Origin: an uncultured Methanomassiliicoccales archaeon
GTDB lineage: Archaea > Thermoplasmatota > Thermoplasmata > RBG-16-68-12 > JAJISG01
NCBI GenBank assembly: GCA_964348155.1
Contig: CAYGBN010000001.1
Location: 10,699 to 74,698, forward strand
DNA length: 64,000 bases
Reading direction: 5' to 3'
The notes under the pieces were generated by a model that ran no database searches, was not told where the DNA came from, and saw only the letters and a program-made list of their open reading frames with translations. Positions 57,806-64,000 of this stretch are shown one piece after another (position 1 is the first letter of the stretch; the number at the start of each line of letters is the position of its first letter). Both the position numbers and the translations under genes were made by a program.

Positions 57806-58638
57806 GGGATCTGCGGATTCTGCCCCTCGGCCAGGGGCCAGCCTGCGAGTTCGCACGCGTGCGCCACGACGCCGTATTGCCGTTCGTTCAGGAGACGTTG
57901 CACTGTCACCGCTGCCAGCGCGTAGAGCTCCAACGAAGCGTCGCACGTCTCTGCATAGCTCTCTCCGCCTAGGCCGAGAGCCTTCGACTGCACCCTCGCC
58001 CAGGTCGTGCCCATGGCCTCGGACACCAAGTCCCAGATCTGGTTTTCCGAGTCGTAGATGATGCGACGGTGGACGGCCAAAATCCTCGCGAGAGAGAAGG
58101 CAAGAACGGACCGTTGGACGGCCGCCACCGTTGTTCGGCCGCGCTGCCGGTTTCCCACCAGTCGATGCACCTCCTCGGCGAGTCCCGTCACCTCCTCCGC
58201 AACCCATGCATCGCACTGGTCCGCCACCGCGTCCCAGTCCAGGTCGAGGGCTTCCCTCCGAAGGGACGACGCGACGCCCTCGGGGTCGTCCAGGATCTCC
58301 GCGTGCCTCCAGCCCCCCATGGCCCATCCGACGCCCTCGGGCGTGCGGAAGTCCTTCCGCAGCTGATCGGCCGTCTTCCATGAGATGGATGCCAGGAACC
58401 TGTCGTGACGCTTGAGGTGGGAGGACCCCTTCCCGACGGCTAGGATGTCGAGGTCAGACTCCGGGTAGGCATCCCCACGAACGAAACTGCCAAAGAGGAC
58501 CACCGCCGAGGCACCCCTCCTTACGAGGTCCTGGGCAATCGCCCGGGCTGCCTGCACCGCCTCCGGAGCTGCACGTGAGGTCTTCCCTCCCATCCTGGCG
58601 GGCCATGGTTGCCTGGGCTTAAGCATGCTCCTTCCCAA
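57784..58638 (-). CDS. nucleotidyltransferase (MNT) domain fused to HEPN-like helical domain (KNTase/ANT(4')-like architecture)
   Basis: A Pol-beta NTase motif (VVLFGSFVRGDAYPESDLDIL) is present. The C-terminal helical domain has an Rx4H motif (RILAVH). Confidence 0.65.
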   Translation of the reverse strand: MGRSMLKPRQPWPARMGGKTSRAAPEAVQAARAIAQDLVRRGASAVVLFGSFVRGDAYPESDLDILAVGKGSSHLKRHDRFLASISWKTADQLRKDFRTPEGVGWAMGGWRHAEILDDPEGVASSLRREALDLDWDAVADQCDAWVAEEVTGLAEEVHRLVGNRQRGRTTVAAVQRSVLAFSLARILAVHRRIIYDSENQIWDLVSEAMGTTWARVQSKALGLGGESYAETCDASLELYALAAVTVQRLLNERQYGVVAHACELAGWPLAEGQNPQIPHSSRTK

Positions 58639-58674
58639 GGGGAAGGGTTAACACAAGCATGCCGTTGACAACCC

Positions 58675-58890
58675 GTGGACGCCGTCGACCGGGAGCTCCT
58701 TCACGGCATGGTCAACTGCTTTCGCGCCTGCCGGGAGGACTTCGAGGGCACCGTGCGGATGGTCTCGCGGGCCCGAGGGATGACGCCGGAGGAGTGCAGG
58801 GCGCGGCTGCGTCGGATTCGGGAGGCATCTGGGGGGACTGAGGAGTACCGGGAGCTTCGGGCCCGCCTCCCCGAAGAGTTTCCCCTGTGA
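58675..58890 (+). CDS. small hypothetical protein
   Basis: MDAVDRELLHGMVNCFRACREDFEGTVRMVSRARGMTPEECRARLRRIREASGGTEEYRELRARLPEEFPL. Confidence 0.3.
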   Translation: MDAVDRELLHGMVNCFRACREDFEGTVRMVSRARGMTPEECRARLRRIREASGGTEEYRELRARLPEEFPL

Positions 58891-58936
58891 GGCAAACCCT
58901 TTACGGCGCCACGTCCTAGGCTCGACGAGGGGAGCC

Positions 58937-59824
58937 ATGCGCTGCTTCGTCTGCGGCCACGAGACGGGGGCGGGATACCGGGAGGTGGCCGACCACCTTC
59001 TCCGTCGAGCGGCCGAGAGCGAGGCGGACCATGTCATGTGGATGAACCGAAACCTCACAAGGAGGAAGGTGGGCCCCGAGGCCCTGGCGGCGCAGATCCA
59101 GGCCTACGACGAGCGTCCGGACCGGTTGGTCCCTTGGATTAAGCGCACATTCATCGGACGGTTCCTGGGGGAGCCCCCTCACCCCTTCGTCCAGGCCCTT
59201 CAGCGTCCGACGCGGGCCGTCCTCCTGGGCTACGTGGTGGAGCACCAGCACTTCCTGCGGCAGTGGGTCCGCTCCTGCGCCAACGTCATCGCCAAGACGG
59301 ACAAGCACGACGTCACCCTGTACGAAATCGACAACATTGCCACGGAGTTCGGCGGCCGGCCAGGGCAGCCCTCCCACTACGAGCTCCTCCTGAGGATGGG
59401 GGAGTCCCTGGGCCTGCCCCGGGGGGAGATTCTCTCCACCGCCCCGCTGCCGGAAACGCGGAAGGCCCTGGCCTTCTGGCGGAGACTGGCGGAGAAGGGC
59501 CACTGGGTGGACGTCATGGCGGCCATGCACAGCCTGGAGCTCATCGCAAACCGTCGCATGGTGGAGGAGGGCGCCTCCGTTACCTACTTCGACCCCGCCC
59601 TCTTTCAAGACGCCTCCATCCCTGGGGCCGTGAAGGACTTCCTGCGGGAGGGCTACGAGGCCGACGTGGGGCACTCGGAGGAGGCCCTCGCCCTGGTGGA
59701 GAAGTACGCCCAGGAGACCGGTCGGCGGGAGGATGTCCGCGAGGCCTTCCTGCAATCCATCGACGCCTTCGACCGATACCTCCAGGCGAGACTGGAGAGG
59801 GCGGAGCAGTATGAGGGTGCCTGA
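58937..59824 (+). CDS. heme-oxygenase-like fold diiron oxidase family protein (TenA/PqqC/CADD-like) with N-terminal CxxC
   Basis: The helical protein has an ExxH/HxxE ligand pattern: VVEHQHF, HYELLL, MHSLELI and GHSEE. The N-terminus reads CFVCGHE. Confidence 0.45.
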   Translation: MRCFVCGHETGAGYREVADHLLRRAAESEADHVMWMNRNLTRRKVGPEALAAQIQAYDERPDRLVPWIKRTFIGRFLGEPPHPFVQALQRPTRAVLLGYVVEHQHFLRQWVRSCANVIAKTDKHDVTLYEIDNIATEFGGRPGQPSHYELLLRMGESLGLPRGEILSTAPLPETRKALAFWRRLAEKGHWVDVMAAMHSLELIANRRMVEEGASVTYFDPALFQDASIPGAVKDFLREGYEADVGHSEEALALVEKYAQETGRREDVREAFLQSIDAFDRYLQARLERAEQYEGA

Positions 59825-60110
59825 AAACGCCTGCGCCCTCTGCGACTCCGAGTGGGGGGATTACTGGGAGAAGGTGGACGGCCAGCGGATGTTCTTCTGC
59901 TGCTGGATCTGCGCCAGGGCCTTCGACAACATGGTGCAGGAGGTGAAGCGGCAGGCGGGATGGGAGGCGGTGGACGAGATCCAGATCGTGGGGGACTTTC
60001 GGGGGCGCGACTGCACGGCCCAGCGGGGGGAAGAGACCTACCGCTTCCACATCAGGTTCAACAACGAGACGGGCGAGATTGCCGCGTTCAGGGCGCAAGA
60101 CGTTGCCTAG
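59811..60110 (+). CDS. Cys-rich metal-binding small protein (CxxC...CCxxC; TRASH/YHS-like?)
   Basis: MRVPENACALCDSEWGDYWEKVDGQRMFFCCWICARAF...; it overlaps the upstream gene by 14 nt. Confidence 0.45.
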   Translation: MRVPENACALCDSEWGDYWEKVDGQRMFFCCWICARAFDNMVQEVKRQAGWEAVDEIQIVGDFRGRDCTAQRGEETYRFHIRFNNETGEIAAFRAQDVA

Positions 60111-60235
60111 CGCCCTCCCCCCGAGCCCATGCAGGACCCTGCGCGCAGTGTTGGCGCCGTCGTCGAAGGGAGCCCGCCCCGGTCCCGCACGCTCTTAGAG
60201 GACGGGCCCCTTACGTCCCCACCTGCGGAAGTCCC

Positions 60236-61249
60236 ATGCCGGAACCTCCACGCATCGAACTCGGCCGGTCCGGGGAACGCGTCTCAGCCGTCGGCATCGG
60301 CATCTGGCAATGGGGCAGTTCCTCGTGGGGATGGAACCGAGGGTACCGGCGGGCGGACGTCTTCGAGGCCTTCGACCGAGCCCTCGCGCTGGGCCTCGAC
60401 TTCTTTGACACGGCGGAGGTCTACGGGGGCGGGCAATCGGAGGCCCTCCTAGGAGAGGCCCTGCAGGGGCGCCAGGAGGAGGTCTTCGTCGCCAGCAAGG
60501 TCCTGCCGTGGCGCGTGACCGACGGAGCAGTGGAGAAGGCGGCGGACCGGAGCCTGCGGCGCCTCGGGATCGACGCCCTCGACCTTTACCAGCTCCACTT
60601 CCCCAGTCCGATGGTGCCCATCGGGCGCGTCGTCCGGGCCATGGAGAAGCTCGTGGCGAAGGGGAAGGTGCGGCATCTCGGCATGTCCAACGTCGGCGTG
60701 GGCGGGCTACGACGGGCGCGCGAGGCGTTGGCCTCGGAGGACATTGTCTCCGACCAGGTCCACTACAACCTCGTTCGGAGGAAGCCGGAGAGGAGGCTGC
60801 TGGAGTACGCGGCGGAGGACGGGGTGACCCTCATCGCGTACAGCCCCCTGGAGCAAGGGCTCCTTACCGGGAAGTACGCGCGGGGGGCGGCGCCCAGAGA
60901 CCTCGTTCGGAGTCTCAATTACAGGTTCTCTCCCGGAAACTTGCGTCGGGCCGAGCCCGCCCTAGAGATCTTGCGCCGTATGGCGGAGAAGCGAGGCGTG
61001 ACGCCCGCCCAGGTTGCCCTGAACTGGCTCGTTTCGTCGGGCCCCGTCCTGCCCATTCCCGGGGCGAAGAACGCAGCCCATGTGGAGGATGCCGCCGCCG
61101 CCCTTGCCTGGCGCCTGACGGGAAGCGAGCGAAGGGAACTTGACGAGGCCTTTCGGTCCGTGAGGCTCTCGAGATGGCGAGGGCTTCCCTGGGCCGTGGG
61201 CCGCACGATGCGTGCCTCCCTCTTCCCCGGCAGGACCGGGACCTCGTGA
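60236..61249 (+). CDS. aldo/keto reductase
   Basis: AKR motifs FFDTAEVYGGGQSE, VFVASKV, LYQLHFP and HLGMSNV are present. Upstream 128 codons of the track ORF are Gly/Arg junk. Confidence 0.85.
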   Translation: MPEPPRIELGRSGERVSAVGIGIWQWGSSSWGWNRGYRRADVFEAFDRALALGLDFFDTAEVYGGGQSEALLGEALQGRQEEVFVASKVLPWRVTDGAVEKAADRSLRRLGIDALDLYQLHFPSPMVPIGRVVRAMEKLVAKGKVRHLGMSNVGVGGLRRAREALASEDIVSDQVHYNLVRRKPERRLLEYAAEDGVTLIAYSPLEQGLLTGKYARGAAPRDLVRSLNYRFSPGNLRRAEPALEILRRMAEKRGVTPAQVALNWLVSSGPVLPIPGAKNAAHVEDAAAALAWRLTGSERRELDEAFRSVRLSRWRGLPWAVGRTMRASLFPGRTGTS

Positions 61250-61268
61250 CAGGTCGCAGAGGCCTGGC

Positions 61269-61276
61269 TTATATGC
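61269..61276 (+). promoter_or_regulatory. TATA-like TTATATGC
   Basis: It lies about 27 nt upstream of ATG 61299. Confidence 0.35.
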
Positions 61277-61298
61277 CGTGACCCTCGATGACGGGTTC

Positions 61299-61619
61299 AT
61301 GGTCGTCGTCGTCGCCAACCGCATCCCCGTGGCCGAGGGGTGGGAGGAGGACTTCGAGAAGCGCTGGCAGGATCGGGATTGGTCCATCACGGGGCTCCCG
61401 GGGTTCATCCGAAACGAGATTCTGCGCCCCATCCAGGGGAATCACTACATCGTGAAGACCTACTGGGAGAGCATGGAGGACTTCCAGGGTTGGACGAAGA
61501 GCGAGGCCTTCGCCGAGGCCCATGCCAACCCGCCCCCGCGCGAGGCCTTTGCGGGGGAGAACGTCTTGGAGATCCACGAGGTTGTCGCCTCGGTGCAAGC
61601 TCCGGCACGGCGGGGATAG
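61299..61619 (+). CDS. antibiotic-biosynthesis-monooxygenase (ABM/IsdG-like) domain protein
   Basis: MVVVVANRIPVAEGWEEDFEKRW...HYIVKTYWESMEDFQGWTKSEAF matches the ABM ferredoxin-like fold. Confidence 0.6.
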   Translation: MVVVVANRIPVAEGWEEDFEKRWQDRDWSITGLPGFIRNEILRPIQGNHYIVKTYWESMEDFQGWTKSEAFAEAHANPPPREAFAGENVLEIHEVVASVQAPARRG

Positions 61620-61646
61620 GGTCACCGTGCACCCAGACGGCCGCCC

Positions 61647-62096
61647 TCAGCGCGGGACGGAAATCGTCTTCAGGTCGTCGAAGAGCAGCTTCCGATCTTC
61701 CTCTTCGCGGATCTCCCGTCCCGCGGACTCTGCGTGAGCCAGGTACGCCCTCGTCCGTTCCTCGTCCCCGGCCACGGCGTGAGCCCTGGCCAGGGCTTCG
61801 TAGGCAAAGGCGAGGTCCCAGTCCCCGATCTCGTGGTTCTGACAGATGTCCAGGCATCGCTGGGCATGGTGGATGGCGGGCTCCGGCCTCTCGAGGACGG
61901 CATAGACGCGGGAGACCTGCCACTCCCCACGGGCCAGGTTCTCCGGCCCACCAACCCTCCCCCAGTGGTGCCGGGAGGCGTGGGCCGCGTGAAGCATCGC
62001 ATCCTCCTCCTCGCGGCTGCGCTCCTCCTTGTCGAGGAGCGCCCAGACATGATTGAAGAGGTCCACGGCGAGCTTGCGTTCCTCTTTCTCGTTCAC
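61647..62096 (-). CDS. hypothetical helical (TPR-like?) protein
   Basis: The C-terminal 150 aa of the track ORF look like a protein (NEKEERKLAVDLFNHVWALLDKEERS...). I inferred a GTG start. The upstream part is His/Arg-rich junk. Confidence 0.35.
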   Translation of the reverse strand: MNEKEERKLAVDLFNHVWALLDKEERSREEEDAMLHAAHASRHHWGRVGGPENLARGEWQVSRVYAVLERPEPAIHHAQRCLDICQNHEIGDWDLAFAYEALARAHAVAGDEERTRAYLAHAESAGREIREEEDRKLLFDDLKTISVPR

Positions 62097-62170
62097 GAGC
62101 GCGGCTCCTTCTGACCGACTCCATATCTCACGGGCTGCAGGGCCTGTGCTGGTCGAGGGAACGGCTAGAC

Positions 62171-62785
62171 CTACTGCACCGGAGGGGGCGCTGTCGCCAT
62201 CGCGGGCTGCGGCATCTGGTCCGGGATGGAGAAGAACGCCACGATCTGCAGGATGCCCGCCACAAAGATCAGGATGGCACCGATGCCAATGATCAGGAGC
62301 GCGGCGCCGATAAGGAAGATCAGCGCGGTGGTCCTGAACGCGTTCACTCCCAGGCGATCGGCGATGGCATCGTAGCTCCTCTTCATAAAGATGGCCCCGA
62401 TCAGGTAGATGATCCACGCCACGAGTGCTCCGACGATGATGCCCACGAAGAGGGCGATAAAGTCTCCCTCTGTGATGTCCGGGGGCTCCCCGATGTCAAA
62501 GCCTACGCCGGGCAGTCCGATGAAGGTGAAGACGGTCGCCAGGACGAAGAGGATCAGGACGACGAACCCGACGATGGCCATGACGACGAAGATGAGCATG
62601 TTGTTCAGGATGTTACGGTCCTGGAGGGTGTCCGCGATGTACTTGACGGCCACGAGGATCAAGACAAGGCCCGCAATGAAGACGGCGATGCCTGCATAGG
62701 GAATAAAGACAGACACCAGCAGCAAGATCGATCCTACACCTCCGTAGGTCTTTGCTTGCGCTAAGGTTGCCATGAGCCAAGGCAT
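62171..62785 (-). CDS. DUF996-like polytopic membrane protein
   Basis: Five or six TM helices are present, with the KTYGGVGSILLL N-terminus typical of archaeal DUF996 as I recall it. Confidence 0.5.
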   Translation of the reverse strand: MPWLMATLAQAKTYGGVGSILLLVSVFIPYAGIAVFIAGLVLILVAVKYIADTLQDRNILNNMLIFVVMAIVGFVVLILFVLATVFTFIGLPGVGFDIGEPPDITEGDFIALFVGIIVGALVAWIIYLIGAIFMKRSYDAIADRLGVNAFRTTALIFLIGAALLIIGIGAILIFVAGILQIVAFFSIPDQMPQPAMATAPPPVQ

Positions 62786-62824
62786 CACACTTGCGTAGAA
62801 AAGGGTTGTGGCCTCCGCCGCGCC

Positions 62825-62832
62825 TTTATAAG
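62825..62832. promoter_or_regulatory. palindromic TATA element CCTTTATAAGGG
   Basis: It lies 40-55 nt upstream of the minus-strand DUF996 start. Confidence 0.35.
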
Positions 62833-62928
62833 GGCGACATCACGCGGTGCGTCCTGGTTGATTGCCAAGAGGGGGTCCGAAGGCACCGGAATCCTCGCTG
62901 GGGAACGCGCCCCCGGGGGTGCGCGCAG

Positions 62929-63183
62929 CTACGCGCCTTCCATCTTCTGAAGCTTCTTGTTGTAGAGATCGGCCACGCTCCCTTCCAGGTCGAAGCCATA
63001 GTGGCTGGCCAGAAACCTCATGAGGGCGGCAAGTTCCGTGATCTCGTGAGCGGCCAGCTCCTTCTGCTCCCGCTCCACCGCGCGAGCCAGCTCGCCCACC
63101 TCCCTCACGACGTGAATGAAGGCTGCCTCCAGGTCGTCCCCGAACTTCCGTCGGTAGTAGTCCACGGCGGCGTCGGACATCAT
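62929..63183 (-). CDS. MazG-like nucleotide pyrophosphohydrolase domain protein (small)
   Basis: The start is MMSDAAVDYYRRKFGDD. EVGELARAVEREQ and ELAALMRFL match the MazG EExxE/helix pattern. Confidence 0.6.
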   Translation of the reverse strand: MMSDAAVDYYRRKFGDDLEAAFIHVVREVGELARAVEREQKELAAHEITELAALMRFLASHYGFDLEGSVADLYNKKLQKMEGA

Positions 63184-63391
63184 CGGCCCCCCAGACACTA
63201 TTCGGCGGCGTCCTAAAGGGTTTCGTGTTGGGAGGTGTGGGAGGGGGTCGCCGGTGAGCGAGGTGGGCACGCGTGGACTGACGGAAAGGAGGTGAGGCGT
63301 CGAGGGTCGTTGTCACATTGCCAGGCCTCGCCTCGATTTGCAGGAAAGACTTAAGTGAGGATACGTCTCTCCCGCGCCCGGAGGGGACGAA

Positions 63392-63856
63392 ATGGCGGAA
63401 GAACGTCCGACAGCTGCCTTTGTGCTCGCCCTGATTGCAGCGATCTTTCACATCATCGGTGGACTCATCGTGATCAGCTTTGGCGGCCTGTTTATTGCGC
63501 TGTTCCTGCCGGAGATAGGCATCGCCATCATCGCCTCGGCCATTGTGATCATGGCTCTGGCAATCTGGGGCGCTGTGTGGCTCTACACCACAGACCAAAA
63601 GAGGGCAACGTATGGAGGGGTAATTACCCTCGTCGTTGCGATTGTGGCACTCCCGACGGTATGGGGCGTCATCATAGGCTCCATTCTCGGCCTGATTGGC
63701 GGGATTCTGGGCATCGTCTGGAAGCCGTCCATGGCGATGCCGGCGGCTCCCATGCCTGCCGCGCCGGCCGCGCCGCCGACGCCCGCCCCGCCCGCACCCG
63801 AGCCCGAACCGCCCGCGCCAGAGCCGCCGGCGGAAGAGTCGGCTGAGGAAGAGTGA
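63392..63856 (+). CDS. 4-TM membrane protein with Pro/Ala-rich acidic C-terminal tail
   Basis: Four TM helices precede MPAAPMPAAPAAPPTPAPPAPEPEPPAPEPPAEESAEEE. A GGAGGGG Shine-Dalgarno-like run lies 6 nt upstream of the ATG. Confidence 0.55.
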   Translation: MAEERPTAAFVLALIAAIFHIIGGLIVISFGGLFIALFLPEIGIAIIASAIVIMALAIWGAVWLYTTDQKRATYGGVITLVVAIVALPTVWGVIIGSILGLIGGILGIVWKPSMAMPAAPMPAAPAAPPTPAPPAPEPEPPAPEPPAEESAEEE

Positions 63857-64000
63857 GAAGGCTCGCCGGGCTGCGGGAACCCGCCGCCCTAGGGGCCCCT
63901 TTCGGTCACTCGCTGGTTCTCCCCCCCGGCGCCCCTGAGAGAGACCCGAGGGAACGCCGGACATCTGCCCTGAGGTAGGGGGAACGAGGCCGGCTGGTCA

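Noticed and set aside
63700-63860. GC-rich CCG/GCC-rich low-complexity DNA, considered as a possible repeat array
   Set aside because: It encodes the Pro/Ala-rich tail of a membrane protein. There is no regular repeat-spacer periodicity, so it is not a CRISPR or tandem array.

Overview
This 64-kb window appears to be a gene-dense chromosomal segment from a high-GC archaeon (roughly two-thirds G+C, judged by eye and not computed). I infer archaeal origin from hallmark genes, all read directly from the translations:
- thermosome (group II chaperonin)
- proteasome-activating nucleotidase PAN
- Cdc48/VCP AAA+ ATPase
- aRF1
- RNA polymerase subunit K
- archaeal MBF1
- ThiDN fusion
- mevalonate kinase
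- DUF2240 and DUF996-type proteins
Several genes also have TATA boxes 25-50 nt upstream of the start codon that match the archaeal consensus (TTTATATA). I call about 70 protein-coding genes. Coding density is above 90%, and many neighbours overlap by a few bases (ATGA and TGATG junctions).

Content by theme:
- Housekeeping: argS, prf1, pyrH, thpR, rpoK, nadK, mvk and an AcnA-type aconitase.
- Proteostasis: thermosome, PAN, Cdc48 with a directly following Hsp20, a membrane FKBP and an M3 oligopeptidase.
- Redox and stress: bacterioferritin-like protein, ferredoxin, redoxin, PPOX-fold enzyme, MOSC, a sulfite-oxidase-family Moco enzyme and two aldo-keto reductases.
- Surface: a roughly 1000-aa PKD-domain surface glycoprotein that is rich in N-glycosylation sequons.
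- Many small membrane proteins of unknown function.

I did not recognise any rRNA, tRNA, CRISPR array, transposase or integrase by eye. GC-rich tRNAs or small RNAs could easily have been missed without a covariance search.

Most interesting observations:
1. The aconitase gene is broken by an apparent ~88-nt internal deletion (a two-nucleotide remnant) that shifts the frame.
2. A sulfite-oxidase-family gene is split exactly at a G7 homopolymer, and a G11 run sits at the 5' end of an EamA transporter gene.
3. A co-directional four-gene cluster encodes a heme-oxygenase-like diiron oxidase, a Cys-rich metal-binding small protein, an aldo-keto reductase and an ABM monooxygenase. A KNTase-like MNT-HEPN protein lies next to it. 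This may be an undescribed small-molecule pathway.
4. A protein combines a degenerate (non-P-loop) KaiC/RecA-like domain with two zinc ribbons and TPR-like helices.
5. An NAD kinase carries a C-terminal winged-helix fusion and an altered GGDG motif.
6. An orphan BoxB-like diiron oxygenase converges on, and overlaps, a radical-SAM SplB-like enzyme.
7. An FGE-sulfatase-domain protein forms an apparent operon with a leaderless (no signal peptide) trypsin-like protease.
8. A 50-codon zinc-ribbon ORF with a GTG start lies antisense-adjacent to the PAN stop codon and is absent from the ORF track.

All functional calls rest on motif-level recognition from the translations. No database search was run, so every family assignment should be confirmed with HMM or BLAST searches.
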